A stretch of 64,000 bases of DNA from Nitrospirota bacterium. Its GTDB lineage: Bacteria; Nitrospirota; UBA9217. The notes below the pieces were generated by a model, which saw nothing but the letters and a program-made list of their open reading frames with translations, ran no database searches and was not told where the DNA came from. The first letter of the stretch is position 1. Every line of letters begins with the position of its first letter. A program made the position numbers and the translations under genes. Positions 51,227-61,769 of this stretch are shown in pieces. The stretch covers positions 20,504-84,503 of the forward strand of contig DASPSR010000030.1 of assembly GCA_035623825.1 (NCBI GenBank), read 5' to 3'.

Positions 51227-52213
51227 TTACCCGATGTGATAAAACTTCATGACCTTCACAACTGCCCATGCAAGCCCGACACAGAAGGGGAGCGTAAATA
51301 CCCAGGCCATGACGATTTTTCCTGCAATGCCCCAGCGAACGGCCGAGAGCCTCTTTGTTGCGCCCACGCCGAGGATGGCCGTGGACACGACGTGGGTGGT
51401 GCTCACCGGCAGGCCGAAGTGGCTTGCCGCGACGATGATAGCTGTTGAGGAGGTTTCAGCTGCAAACCCATGGATGGGCTCGAGCTTGAGCATCTTGACG
51501 CCAAGGGTCTTGATGATTTTCCAGCCGCCGAACAGCGTTCCAGATCCCATGGCTAGGGCACAGATGAGGATGACCCACTTCGGCACTTCAAGGGTATGGA
51601 TGACGCCGCCGCTCACAAGTGCCATGGTGATGATTCCCATGGCTTTCTGGGCGTCATTGGAGCCGTGGCCGAAGGCCATGAACGACGATGAGAGAATCTG
51701 GAGCCGTGCGAAGTATTTGCTGACGATGCCGGGAGCCAGGTGCCCGAAAAGAGAGAGGACCAGCTTCATGAACACATAGCCAATGATGATGCCGAATATG
51801 GGCGAGATAAGAAGAGACATGAGAATTTTCAGGATCCCCGACATGTTCAGTATCCCTATGCCGCCGTGCGCCACGGACGCTCCTGCGATGCCGCCTACGA
51901 GCGCGTGGGATGAGCTGACGGGCAAACCCATTAGGATGGTGATGAGGTTCCAGAGAATGGCAGAAAGCAGCGCGGCAATAAGGACCAGGTCTGTCACCGC
52001 TTTGGGGTCAACAATCCCGGTGCCAATGGTTTTTGCGACGGCTGTTGTGAGAAAAGCGCCGGCAATATTCATAGTTGCGGCAAGGACGACGGCCATCATG
52101 GGTGATAGGACCTTTGTCGAGACTACAGTGGCGATGGCGTTGGCGCAGTCATGCCAGCCGTTGGCAACATCGAATAGTACCGCAAGAATGATGATAATCA
52201 GGATATTAGGCAT
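51227..52213 (-). CDS. pit: PiT family inorganic phosphate transporter
   Basis: NGWHDCANAIAT, PVSSSH, HGSNDAQK, PVSTTH. Confidence 0.92.
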   Translation of the reverse strand: MPNILIIIILAVLFDVANGWHDCANAIATVVSTKVLSPMMAVVLAATMNIAGAFLTTAVAKTIGTGIVDPKAVTDLVLIAALLSAILWNLITILMGLPVSSSHALVGGIAGASVAHGGIGILNMSGILKILMSLLISPIFGIIIGYVFMKLVLSLFGHLAPGIVSKYFARLQILSSSFMAFGHGSNDAQKAMGIITMALVSGGVIHTLEVPKWVILICALAMGSGTLFGGWKIIKTLGVKMLKLEPIHGFAAETSSTAIIVAASHFGLPVSTTHVVSTAILGVGATKRLSAVRWGIAGKIVMAWVFTLPFCVGLAWAVVKVMKFYHIG

Positions 52214-52823
52214 GCTTCAGGACGATTCCTTCTAGGATGTTGGCGATGTCTTCCGCACGGTCTGAGGCGTCTTCGAAGAGCTGATAGATGTCCTTCCATT
52301 TGATGATGTGCACGGGGTCGGTCTCGTCGTTCACGAGCTTGCCGAGCGCGTCGCGGTATTTCCGGTCGATTCTGTTCTCGAGCCGATTGATCTCAATGCA
52401 GTGTTCTTGGACGTGCGAGTATTCTTTGGACCGGAGATCACGAAGCGCTTTCTTCAGGATATCGGTCGTCATCTGGAGGTCTTCTGCGATGGAGATGACC
52501 TCCGGCGTTGGCTTGTCGATCTTGTACACCACCATCCTGTCCACCGCGGCCCAGATCATATCAAGGACGTCGTCGATCCTCGATGCGAGGGCATGGATGT
52601 CTTCGCGATCGATGGGGGTGAGGAAGGTTTTATTAAGGTCCTTCATGATATCGTGGGTGAGCATGTCGCCTTCCTGCTCGAATTCGTAGATGGCCCTTGC
52701 TTTTTTCTCGAAACTCTCGAAGTTATTAAAGGTATCGACGAGCACGTTTGCTGCCCGTGAGAGGTTCTCGAGGGCGCGGTCGAACATTTCGAAAAAATCT
52801 ATTTTCTTGGGGAAGAGCACCAT
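52206..52823 (-). CDS. DUF47 / PhoU-like Pit accessory protein
   Basis: EQEGD, TFLTPIDREDI, INRLEN..D, IKWKDIY. Overlaps pit. Confidence 0.9.
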   Translation of the reverse strand: MVLFPKKIDFFEMFDRALENLSRAANVLVDTFNNFESFEKKARAIYEFEQEGDMLTHDIMKDLNKTFLTPIDREDIHALASRIDDVLDMIWAAVDRMVVYKIDKPTPEVISIAEDLQMTTDILKKALRDLRSKEYSHVQEHCIEINRLENRIDRKYRDALGKLVNDETDPVHIIKWKDIYQLFEDASDRAEDIANILEGIVLKHA

Positions 52824-53113
52824 GGCGATCTAAGGACTGATCCACTCCTCTGTTCAGGCTTTTTTGGGGGTCTGCTCCATGATTCCGGACCTTCTGAATT
52901 CGGGCACAAGGATATCACAATCGGTCTTCTCCCGCAACACGAAAAAGTTTGCAAGACCGATTCCCGATCTACTTCATGAGATCTGTTGATTCTTGAGATA
53001 TGGGGCTATTGAAGCCCTGCAGGATAGGCTTAAGAGAGGTGAAAAAGAGGGCTTCTTCGCTTGAAGTCCAGAGAGAAAGAACCATGCGAAAACACAGGGA
53101 GGAGGTAAACGCG

Positions 53114-53356
53114 TTAGCTCTTGGCTGCCTTCAGGAGCTTTTCGAGCTTCTCCGCACCCACGCACTCTTTTGCGTAAGCGCACCACTCGATGCAGGACGT
53201 GCCGATGGGGCGGGCGTTTAGATGGCCGCATTTCTTGCACTGGGTCTCGGGCTCATCGCTCCAGATCTCGATTTTCTCGCCACACTTCTGGCACCTGATA
53301 TCCTCAGGTTTGGGCTGGCGTATCTCTATGCTTCCGGGACATCCTTCTTTGAACAT
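53114..53356 (-). CDS. Small Cys-rich metal-binding protein
   Basis: CPG, CQKC, CKKC and CIEWC.....C (8 Cys). AGGT RBS-like element. Confidence 0.75.
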   Translation of the reverse strand: MFKEGCPGSIEIRQPKPEDIRCQKCGEKIEIWSDEPETQCKKCGHLNARPIGTSCIEWCAYAKECVGAEKLEKLLKAAKS

Positions 53357-53507
53357 GGCCTTATACTACCTTTTTAAGTATAACATATCTATGATGCAAA
53401 TCATATCGTCGAATACTGGCCAAAGCCTCCAGCTACGTTTTTCCTCTTATCCGCCCTTTCTCGGTTCCTCCCTAAAAGGGGTCATGTTATACAAGTCAAG
53501 AACTTAA

Positions 53508-56507
53508 TCATAGTTGCACCTCGAATTCCATGTCCTTTTCACCCAGCAGGAACCGCTTCCTGATCACGCCTACCTTCACGATATCACCCTTATGCCTGAA
53601 GAACAAAGCCAGTTTTATGTCTGGCACATCATGTACGGCAGCGCCGTCGAGGGTCACCAGCACATCACCCTTCTTGAGCCCTGCATTTTTCGCAGGGCTG
53701 TCCTTGGCAAAGTCCATAAAGATGACTTTCCCATCCTCCTCCCTGAACGTCGCCATCAGCTTTGGAGAGGTGACACCGTCGAGGGGCTGCGGAAAAACGA
53801 GGTAATGGGCGATGTCCTTGTCGAGTTCACCGTCATTCAGGATGATCGCATATGGGAATCCGTTCCTCCGGAACGCCCGCTTGGGGATTCCTGAGCCGTA
53901 AGAGACGTGCCCGCCGCCCGCGATTACGATCATGCGCCGGTCCGGGTTCTTCCGCAGGTATTCATCGATGGACATGGCCATGGTCTCATCCCAAAGCACT
54001 TGGGACTGGTAGAAGAAAGCAAAGTCCCTCTCTCCTGAACTTTTGTGCTGCTCGAAGACTTCTTTGATCCTATCGCGGTACTCGTCGTCGGAAAAGTCCA
54101 TCTGCAACGGGATCTCTTTTCTTTCGTCTTCCGAAAGGGAGTCGATGCCTCCTTTCGAGACCTTTTCGATGATTTCGCTCCTGAGGTTCAGGGCGACCAC
54201 TGGGATCTTCTCGCCGCGTGCGAAATCGAGTATCGGTTTGTACAGATTGTAATCAAAACCCCAGCGTTTGAAGTACTCCGTGGCCTTCAGGAATTCCCGT
54301 TCATCGATGGCGCCCTTGATGTAGTTGTCGAGTGTCTTTTGAAATGGCCGCTGGAACATCTCCATGCCTACCGCAAGTTTCGGGTCCTTCTTGTACAGGT
54401 CTTTAATGACTTCGAGCTCAACAGTATGATGGCTGAATCGGTCATGGAATTCGCCTACGTACACGATTTTCTTGCCCGCAGCATCCTCGATCACGTTAGA
54501 GAGAGTTCTGATCGTCGAGAGGTCTATGGCCGTCGCCGGCTGCCTCAGTTCGATCTCTATCCCCCTTTGTGACTCCTCGATTTTCTTCGACACGTTCCTG
54601 CCTTCGTCGTAGGCAAGCACGCTGTAGTTGCCGTCATGGGCAAGCTTGGGTAAGGCGGCCTCCGCTTCCTCGGCGGAGCGCACATTGACGATTCCTACCA
54701 CTTTTTGTTCATTCCAGGGGTTCTTCCTGGCAGCTATGCTGAATCCTGCTGTCCCGCTCTCGGCCTTGCCGAAGAGCCTGCTCACGAGCGGGTTATCGTC
54801 GCCAAGGATTACAAGGGATGAAACTTTGATCTCCGAGTCCTTAAGACCGGCGGCCTTTTTCCCCTGTGCGCCCCTTTCTTGCAGGGCGGTGATGATGGTT
54901 TTATATGCCTCTTGGTTCGAGACGGGCAACACGATTATAGGTTCATCGCTTAGGAGCTTGGCAATGATTGGCGGTGTTTCCGGCTCTGTGAGCTTTCGTG
55001 CGACATCATAATCTCCGTCGACTAACATATCGAGCGGTTCAAAGTCAGTGGATATTTTGAAGGTCCTCTTTTCCGCGTCGAGCGAGAGCTTCTCCTTTTT
55101 CGTGTTGCCTTGGATGGAGGTGACCACGATCGGCAGATCCAGCACGTAGTTCTTGCCATTCTGCAGAATGTCGAAGCTAATCTCAAAAGCATCTCCTGAG
55201 CGTTTTACGGACGCGTTCGCCAGGCTGATATCCGGGAGCCCTCTCCCGTCTACCCACTGCGTGAAAAAGGGAGTCAGGTCTTTTCCTGACTGCTTGACGA
55301 AAGCCGACTTGATATCGTCCCATGATGCCCGTTGATACTGGTTCCGGCTGATGAATCCCCTGAGGGCGCTGAAGAACTGCTCGTCCCCCACCAAGTCCTT
55401 GAGCATATGGAAAACCATGGCGCCCTTACTGTACCCGACAACCTGGGATACGCGGCCTGTCACTTTCGTGAATTCACGGAGGGATATCTCATTTTCGGGG
55501 TTCACATAGGTATCATAATTCACGAGCTGCTTCTTGCGGCATTCCCATGCTCTGCCGTTCTGCTTCTCATGGAGGCAGTCCGCAAGATAGGCGATTAGCC
55601 CTTCGGCCCAGTTGCCCTTGTCAAGATCGATGAACACGGAGTTGCCGAGCCATTGGCGCAGAATCTCATGGCCGAACGACGTCCCTGACAGTAAGGAGGG
55701 TTGAATCGAGTCTTGTCCGAGAAGCGTGAATGTCGGCCTTGAATACCCCGAAGACAAGAAATTCTCTGCAATAGAAAATCTTTTATAGGGGTACTTCGTG
55801 AGGAGCTTCTCGTACGCTTCTATATATTTTTTCGCTTGCAAGAGATAGTTCCCGGCCAGTTCCCGGTCTTCGGGAAAGAAGTAAGCATACAGATCGATGT
55901 CGCTCATCCGGTCATGTACCACTTCAAACCGATTTGACGCGACGAGGTCGACGCCCTCGATCGGGTGATCGAAATGGAACAGAAATTCCCTGCTGTCGCC
56001 CTTTTCGTGTTTCTCAGTCGAATCGGCTTCGGACAACGCATCATATTCTTGCGGAAGGGTCACGGCAAGTCGGTAACGGCAAAGCGTCTTCGGCTGCGGG
56101 TACCAGATGCCGCTGAGGGATATCCCCTTGGCATTGATCACGCTCTGCTCCGCACTGTCATTTCTCTCCCTGCTCATCCCGTTGCCTTTGAACACGCCTT
56201 CATATCTGATTGCGAGGGAGCCGCTCTCCGCTGGTTTTATCCTCAGTATGTCATCATGGGCTTCTAGATCGATCTTCCGGTTATTGAGGGTTACCTCTAA
56301 GACAACGAGTGACCCATGAGTAAACACGATTTCGCGGTCGCCCTGTACGTACATGGTCGCAAGACCGGTGATTCGAGATGCGGGGATGTCGAACGTTACT
56401 GACAGGTCGTATTCCGGGACAGCAGGAGCGGGCGGTTCATCAGGCATCGCTTTACCGGGGAATGATAGAATAAGCAGAAAACACAGGGAAAATAGGCGCA
56501 TGGTCAT
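53508..56507 (-). CDS. Exported M1-aminopeptidase-like + ChaN/Tiki-like + PDZ fusion protein
   Basis: Signal peptide. M1-like HEIL.QW.GN, W.EG, Y.KGAMVFHML. ChaN-like VGEFH, MEMF, WDETMA, GGGH. PDZ SPA..AGL..GD. Confidence 0.8.
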   Translation of the reverse strand: MTMRLFSLCFLLILSFPGKAMPDEPPAPAVPEYDLSVTFDIPASRITGLATMYVQGDREIVFTHGSLVVLEVTLNNRKIDLEAHDDILRIKPAESGSLAIRYEGVFKGNGMSRERNDSAEQSVINAKGISLSGIWYPQPKTLCRYRLAVTLPQEYDALSEADSTEKHEKGDSREFLFHFDHPIEGVDLVASNRFEVVHDRMSDIDLYAYFFPEDRELAGNYLLQAKKYIEAYEKLLTKYPYKRFSIAENFLSSGYSRPTFTLLGQDSIQPSLLSGTSFGHEILRQWLGNSVFIDLDKGNWAEGLIAYLADCLHEKQNGRAWECRKKQLVNYDTYVNPENEISLREFTKVTGRVSQVVGYSKGAMVFHMLKDLVGDEQFFSALRGFISRNQYQRASWDDIKSAFVKQSGKDLTPFFTQWVDGRGLPDISLANASVKRSGDAFEISFDILQNGKNYVLDLPIVVTSIQGNTKKEKLSLDAEKRTFKISTDFEPLDMLVDGDYDVARKLTEPETPPIIAKLLSDEPIIVLPVSNQEAYKTIITALQERGAQGKKAAGLKDSEIKVSSLVILGDDNPLVSRLFGKAESGTAGFSIAARKNPWNEQKVVGIVNVRSAEEAEAALPKLAHDGNYSVLAYDEGRNVSKKIEESQRGIEIELRQPATAIDLSTIRTLSNVIEDAAGKKIVYVGEFHDRFSHHTVELEVIKDLYKKDPKLAVGMEMFQRPFQKTLDNYIKGAIDEREFLKATEYFKRWGFDYNLYKPILDFARGEKIPVVALNLRSEIIEKVSKGGIDSLSEDERKEIPLQMDFSDDEYRDRIKEVFEQHKSSGERDFAFFYQSQVLWDETMAMSIDEYLRKNPDRRMIVIAGGGHVSYGSGIPKRAFRRNGFPYAIILNDGELDKDIAHYLVFPQPLDGVTSPKLMATFREEDGKVIFMDFAKDSPAKNAGLKKGDVLVTLDGAAVHDVPDIKLALFFRHKGDIVKVGVIRKRFLLGEKDMEFEVQL

Positions 56508-56638
56508 CTCTTTGCACAACGGTATAATGTTATCATAGCAAAAAAAACGAATCATATCCATACGTTATTATTGTTTTCTTAGAAAACGCTCTCTTTTTCT
56601 GATCGACCTTGGAATTGGCATTTTCCTGACAAAATGTC

Positions 56639-56667
56639 TTGAATTTGCTTTAATAGATAACTATAAT
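56639..56667 (+). promoter_or_regulatory. sigma70 promoter of the dksA-like gene
   Basis: TTGAAT-N17-TATAAT. Confidence 0.55.
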
Positions 56668-56712
56668 GTGTTCCTTAGTTTCACATGCGGTCAGTCAGGA
56701 GGTATTGAGAAT

Positions 56713-57333
56713 ATGGCGGTAAAAAAAGGCGTAAAGAAGAAAGCAGCCAAGGCCAATGCAAAAAGGCTGACGAAAAAGGCCGTACGGAAATCCGGCACCA
56801 CAGCGAAACATAAGGCGAAAAAAAAAGCCGTGAAAAAGACGAAACAGAAGAAGGCCTCAAAGAAAGCCAAACAGAAGATCGTTTCATCGATGCCATCTTT
56901 AAACGGCAAGGTAACCCAGCCGGCACGGATACCCGCAGCCATGCGGAAACGCCATGAGCTCCTGAAAAAACTGCTGCTCAAAAAACGTAACGAAGTGGTA
57001 GAAGGCCTTGAAGTGAGGATGGGGCGCAGGCTGGTTCCCGAGACGGGTCAGAAGATAGACTCGGCCATGGACAGTGCCGACCTGTCCTCTCAGGACATGG
57101 ACCAGGGCATCGATTACTCGCTCCTGGAAATGAAGTACGAACAGTACAAGGACATCGCCGATGCATTCCGCAAGCTCCAGAACAGCACGTATGGCCTGTG
57201 CGAAGAGTGCGGGGAGGAGATTGACATCAAGCGGCTGCAGGTCAACCCCCTGGCACGGTACTGCATCAGTTGCAAGACGAAAAAAGAAGAAATTGAGCGG
57301 ATCCAGAAAGAAGAGACGAGGTTCAAAGAATGA
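56713..57333 (+). CDS. dksA: DksA/TraR C4 zinc-finger protein with Lys/Ala-rich N-terminus
   Basis: DSADLS coiled-coil tip, YGLCEECG..I...RL...P....CISC. AGGAGG RBS. Confidence 0.8.
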   Translation: MAVKKGVKKKAAKANAKRLTKKAVRKSGTTAKHKAKKKAVKKTKQKKASKKAKQKIVSSMPSLNGKVTQPARIPAAMRKRHELLKKLLLKKRNEVVEGLEVRMGRRLVPETGQKIDSAMDSADLSSQDMDQGIDYSLLEMKYEQYKDIADAFRKLQNSTYGLCEECGEEIDIKRLQVNPLARYCISCKTKKEEIERIQKEETRFKE

Positions 57334-57479
57334 GAGCCAAATTTCAATGCCCAAAGCATGAATAAATCCCAATCCGCCAACAGCGCAGTCTGATGGTTTT
57401 GTATATTTGAACTTGTGTCTTTGATGGTATTTGAGATTCGCTTTTGAGGGTCTGTTATTCCTCACCTTTTTACTTTTTC

Positions 57480-57508
57480 TTGACAAAGAGGCCGCAATAC
57501 AGTATCTT
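57480..57508 (+). promoter_or_regulatory. sigma70 promoter of the tRNA
   Basis: TTGACA-N17-TATCTT. Confidence 0.6.
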
Positions 57509-57528
57509 TAACCTCTAAATTTTTTCGG

Positions 57529-57604
57529 GGCGGTGTAGCTCAGCTGGTAGAGCAGGGGAATCATAATCCCTGTGTCCGGGGTTCGAGTCCCTGCACCGCC
57601 ACCA
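57529..57604 (+). tRNA. tRNA with CAT anticodon, most likely elongator tRNA-Met
   Basis: GGCGGTG/CACCGCC acceptor stem, D arm TAGCTCAG.TGGTAGAGC, anticodon loop ATCATAA, GGTTCGAGTCC, encoded CCA. 76 nt. Confidence 0.95.
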
Positions 57605-57810
57605 TTTTTCCCCCGCATGTTTGTGCTCTCTCCGCGCTCCGGCATGGTAAAAACAATGGCAACCCCGGGAAGATAAAATTCCAAATTTACAAGACTCCAA
57701 ATAGTTTTCATTGCCGAATTACTAACAGACTGAAACTGGCGGTATTGAGCTTATCGGTGGTTCGGTGCAGGCATTGAGTGCGTTGAGCGTGGTTTGCCAG
57801 TCGATATCAT

Positions 57811-59187
57811 ATGCTTCTTACAAAGGTCAAAGAGATTATAAGGAAGTATGCCATGCTGAGTCCCGGCGATCGCGTGGTCGTGGCCGTCTCGGGCGGCCCT
57901 GATTCGGTCTGTCTGCTGAACGTCCTGCAGGCTTTGTCGAAGGATCTCAGCCTAGCTCTTCACGTTGCTCACCTCGACCACCTCTTCCGAGGTAATGAGT
58001 CGGCTGCTGAGGCCCTGTTCGTGGCACGCCTCGCGGAGAAGATGGGCATTCCTGCGACGATCGAACAGTTTGATGTGCCAGCCTTCTGCCGAGAGCGCGG
58101 GCTATCCTCGCAGGCCGGGGCACGTGAAGTTCGATACAGGTTTTTGCACCGCGTTGCAGAATCGGTCGGAGCTTCCCGCATCGCAACGGGCCACACGGCC
58201 ACTGATCAGGCCGAGACCATCCTTATGAGGCTTCTGCGGGGCGCCGGCATCGCGGGCCTCTCGGCAATCCCGCCCGTGCGGGAAAACATCATCCGTCCCT
58301 TGATCAACGTCACAAGGGAAGAAGTATTGGAATATCTCCGATTGAGCGGGCTTGAGTACGTGTCCGACCCGTCGAACATGAGGCCGGTCTACACGAGGAA
58401 CCGGATTCGGATGGAAGTTCTGCCCGTTCTCAAACGGCTTAATCCCCGGATCGTTGAAACGCTCGCATCAGAGGCAGCCCTGCTAAGAGATGAAGGTGAA
58501 GCTGCAGAGGCATGTCTAAGAACGATCGAAGCCGAGGTGCTCGTGCAGGGCGAGGATGGTGTTGCACTGAGGAGGGAGAGCTTTAATGCTCTGCCTCAGG
58601 CATTCAAGCGCAGGGTGCTCATAAAGGCCGCCGGTCTGGCAGGATCCCAATCGTCAGGGTTGTCTTCGGTCCAGATCAATGACGCAATTGCTTTCATGGC
58701 GGCGTCCCAGACCGGCAGGACCATGCGAATGCCGTACGGCCTCGTCATGGAACGCGAATATGAGAGATTCATCCTGCGCTCGCAGGCGGCTACAGAGGGG
58801 TTCTCCTATACGCTTCCGGTTCCCGGCAGCATTGCGATCCCAGAGCTCGGCATGGATGCTGAAGCAGAGGTTTTAGACCGCCTTCCGGACGAGAAGTACG
58901 TCAAAAATTACCGCTGGCAGGCACTGTTCGATTATGATAAGATAGGGTTGTTAACGATAAGAAACAGGCGCCCGGGCGACTGGTTCTGTCCCGCAGGTAT
59001 GGGAGGGAGGAGCAAGAAGCTGCAGGACTTCTTCGTTGACGTGAAGGTGCCCAGACGCCGGAGGGATACAGTCCCAATCATCCTCTCGGACAATGACGTT
59101 GTCTGGGTCGTTGGGCTCCGTACTGACGACAGGTTTCTGCCAGGGAGTGTAACGAAAAGGGTGCTCGTGGTTCAAGTGCGGCGTTAA
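57811..59187 (+). CDS. tilS: tRNA(Ile)-lysidine synthetase
   Basis: VAVSGGPDS, AREVRY, TGH..DQAET, IRPL, RNRIR, KKLQDFF.D.KVP. Confidence 0.95.
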   Translation: MLLTKVKEIIRKYAMLSPGDRVVVAVSGGPDSVCLLNVLQALSKDLSLALHVAHLDHLFRGNESAAEALFVARLAEKMGIPATIEQFDVPAFCRERGLSSQAGAREVRYRFLHRVAESVGASRIATGHTATDQAETILMRLLRGAGIAGLSAIPPVRENIIRPLINVTREEVLEYLRLSGLEYVSDPSNMRPVYTRNRIRMEVLPVLKRLNPRIVETLASEAALLRDEGEAAEACLRTIEAEVLVQGEDGVALRRESFNALPQAFKRRVLIKAAGLAGSQSSGLSSVQINDAIAFMAASQTGRTMRMPYGLVMEREYERFILRSQAATEGFSYTLPVPGSIAIPELGMDAEAEVLDRLPDEKYVKNYRWQALFDYDKIGLLTIRNRRPGDWFCPAGMGGRSKKLQDFFVDVKVPRRRRDTVPIILSDNDVVWVVGLRTDDRFLPGSVTKRVLVVQVRR

Positions 59188-59302
59188 TGGACGGGGTTCA
59201 GGGGCACAGGGCGCGGTTTTTGGGATAATGAGGTATGTCCCCTTACCATCGCGAAGATATTTCTCAAGTTGCGTCCTAATTAATTTTCGTGGAGGAAATG
59301 CA

Positions 59303-59833
59303 ATGGTAGGCATTGATTTCGGGAAGCCGCTCTTTACTCGTGAGGAGATCCAGCGGAAGATCCAGGAACTAGGCGCCAGAATATCTTCGGATTATGCGGA
59401 AAAGGATCTGCTCGTCGTCGGTGTCCTCAAGGGGGCGATCTTTTTCATGTCTGATCTCCTTCGATCGTTAAAAATCTCTGTTCGCATGGATTTCATACAC
59501 TGTACGAGTTCCAAAGGCAGCCATCCCGTCCAAATCATTTCTGATATGAAAGAAGACATAAAAGGTAAGGACGTCCTGCTTGTGGAGGACATTATGGATT
59601 CGGGAGTGACGATCGATTACCTGAAGAAGATGCTTATTGCACGCGGCCCGGACTCGCTCAAGGTCTGCGTACTGCTGGACAAAGCGGAACGGCGGAAAGT
59701 CCAGATAGAGGCGGATTATGCGGGATTCCGAATACCGAACAAGTACGTCGTGGGCTACGGTTTAGACTACAAGGACCGCTACCGGAACCTGCCATACATC
59801 GCCGTTCTGCCAATGGAAGAGCGTCAGGGATAA
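59303..59833 (+). CDS. hpt: Hypoxanthine phosphoribosyltransferase
   Basis: GVLKGA, VLLVEDIMDSG, VVGYGLDY...YRNLP. Confidence 0.93.
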   Translation: MVGIDFGKPLFTREEIQRKIQELGARISSDYAEKDLLVVGVLKGAIFFMSDLLRSLKISVRMDFIHCTSSKGSHPVQIISDMKEDIKGKDVLLVEDIMDSGVTIDYLKKMLIARGPDSLKVCVLLDKAERRKVQIEADYAGFRIPNKYVVGYGLDYKDRYRNLPYIAVLPMEERQG

Positions 59834-59960
59834 GCGGGTCCCGACGCAAGTTGGATAGAACATAAGCAGGATAAAACTATTGTCTCCCTGATGATAGTGT
59901 GTTATTATTTAAGAATATTTAGCAGGCAAAGGCCTGACGGTATTCGGGAGGTTTCAATAA

Positions 59961-61760
59961 GTGAGTGCATTCTATAAAAATTTGGCGCTGATACTCTTGT
60001 TCGTCGTGGTGTCGGTGCTTATCTTCAATCTTTTCAATCCGGTCAATCCTACGGCGGTGCAGATCCCCTTCAGTGACGTAATGGACAAGATAGAGAAGGG
60101 AGAGGTGAACGACGTTACGATCAAGGGCACGGAGATGTCCGGCAATTATAAGACGGGAAAGTCCTTCAAGACCAACCTGCCGGACTATCCAGACCTTGTC
60201 AAAGACCTCCGGGCCAAGGGAGTCAAGATCAACGCGGAGCCCGTGAAGGAGTCAGCATGGTACAACTTCCTCGTCGTCTGGGCACCGCTCATTCTCATGG
60301 CGCTCTGGTTCATGTTCATCATGCGAAACATGCAGATGGGCGGGAACAAGGCCCTCTCCTTCGGGAAAAGCAAGGCTAAACTCCTCAATGAGAGCTCCAA
60401 GAAGGTGACTTTCAGCGAAGTGGCCGGTATGGACGAGGCCAAGGTCGAGGTCCAGGAGATCATTGAGATTCTCAAAGACCCGCAGAAATTTCAGAAGCTC
60501 GGCGGCAAGATTCCAAAAGGAGTGCTGCTTGTCGGCCCTCCAGGCACGGGAAAGACGCTGCTTGCGCGTGCCATCGCGGGCGAGGCGGGTGTGCCGTTTC
60601 TTTCAATCAGCGGATCCGACTTCGTTGAAATGTTCGTGGGAGTCGGCGCGTCGCGTGTCCGCGACCTCTTTGAGCAGGGCAAGAAGAACGCTCCCTGCAT
60701 CATCTTTATCGACGAGATCGACGCTGTCGGCAGACATCGCGGCGCGGGCCTCGGCGGCGGTCATGATGAGCGCGAGCAGACCCTGAATCAGCTGCTGGTC
60801 GAAATGGATGGTTTCGAGAGCAACGAAGGCGTGATCCTTGTGGCGGCGACGAACCGTCCCGATGTACTCGACCCTGCGCTCCTCCGTCCGGGCAGGTTCG
60901 ATCGGCAGGTGGTGATCCCGCGTCCCGATCTGAACGGCAGGGTCGGCGTGCTAAAGGTCCATACCCAGAAGATCAAGCTAGCGCCGAATGTTGACCTCGA
61001 GGCTATTGCACGTGGCACGCCGGGACTTTCGGGAGCTGAATTGGCGAACCTCGTTAACGAGGCGGCCCTTCTCGCAGGCAGGATGGGGAAAACGCAGGTC
61101 GAGAACGACGACTTCGATCGCGCCAAGGACAAGATACTCATGGGCCTAGAGCGGAAGACAATGATTATAAGCGATGCGGAGAAGAGGAACACGGCATATC
61201 ATGAGGCGGGCCACACGATGGTTGCGAAACTCATCCCTGGCACCGATCCCGTGCATAAGGTATCGATCATCCCGCGCGGCATGGCTCTCGGCGTCACGCT
61301 CCAACTGCCGACGGCTGACCGTTATTCTTACGACCGAGAGCACCTTTTGAACAATATCGCAATCCTTCTGGGCGGCCGAGCAGCCGAGGAGATAGCGTTA
61401 AACCACATGACCACTGGAGCAGGCAATGACCTCGAGCGTGCCACGATGCTGGCCAGGAAAATGGTGACTGAATGGGGCATGAGTGACAAACTGGGGCCCC
61501 TAACTTATGGCAAAAAGGAAGAGCAGATATTCCTTGGCCGCGAGATAGCGCAGCATCGCGACTACAGCGAGCATACAGCGGTGGAGATCGACCAGGAAGT
61601 GAAACGCATCGTCACCGAGAACTACGACCGGGCCAAAAGACTGATCATAGACCGTCGGGAAACGCTCGACCGGCTGACCAACGCCCTCCTAGAGAAGGAA
61701 ACGCTCGACGGCCCTGAGATCGACGCAATCGTCAACGACGGCCGGCCTGCGGCGGCGTAG
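59961..61760 (+). CDS. ftsH: ATP-dependent zinc metalloprotease FtsH
   Basis: Two TMs, [17 protein letters not shown] region, HEAGH. Confidence 0.97.
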   Translation: MSAFYKNLALILLFVVVSVLIFNLFNPVNPTAVQIPFSDVMDKIEKGEVNDVTIKGTEMSGNYKTGKSFKTNLPDYPDLVKDLRAKGVKINAEPVKESAWYNFLVVWAPLILMALWFMFIMRNMQMGGNKALSFGKSKAKLLNESSKKVTFSEVAGMDEAKVEVQEIIEILKDPQKFQKLGGKIPKGVLLVGPPGTGKTLLARAIAGEAGVPFLSISGSDFVEMFVGVGASRVRDLFEQGKKNAPCIIFIDEIDAVGRHRGAGLGGGHDEREQTLNQLLVEMDGFESNEGVILVAATNRPDVLDPALLRPGRFDRQVVIPRPDLNGRVGVLKVHTQKIKLAPNVDLEAIARGTPGLSGAELANLVNEAALLAGRMGKTQVENDDFDRAKDKILMGLERKTMIISDAEKRNTAYHEAGHTMVAKLIPGTDPVHKVSIIPRGMALGVTLQLPTADRYSYDREHLLNNIAILLGGRAAEEIALNHMTTGAGNDLERATMLARKMVTEWGMSDKLGPLTYGKKEEQIFLGREIAQHRDYSEHTAVEIDQEVKRIVTENYDRAKRLIIDRRETLDRLTNALLEKETLDGPEIDAIVNDGRPAAA

Positions 61761-61769
61761 GAGGACGGC

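Noticed and set aside
51027-51239. 70-aa ORF between the reductase and pit
   Set aside because: No RBS or motif recognised, and it overlaps the pit 3' end; cannot be supported.
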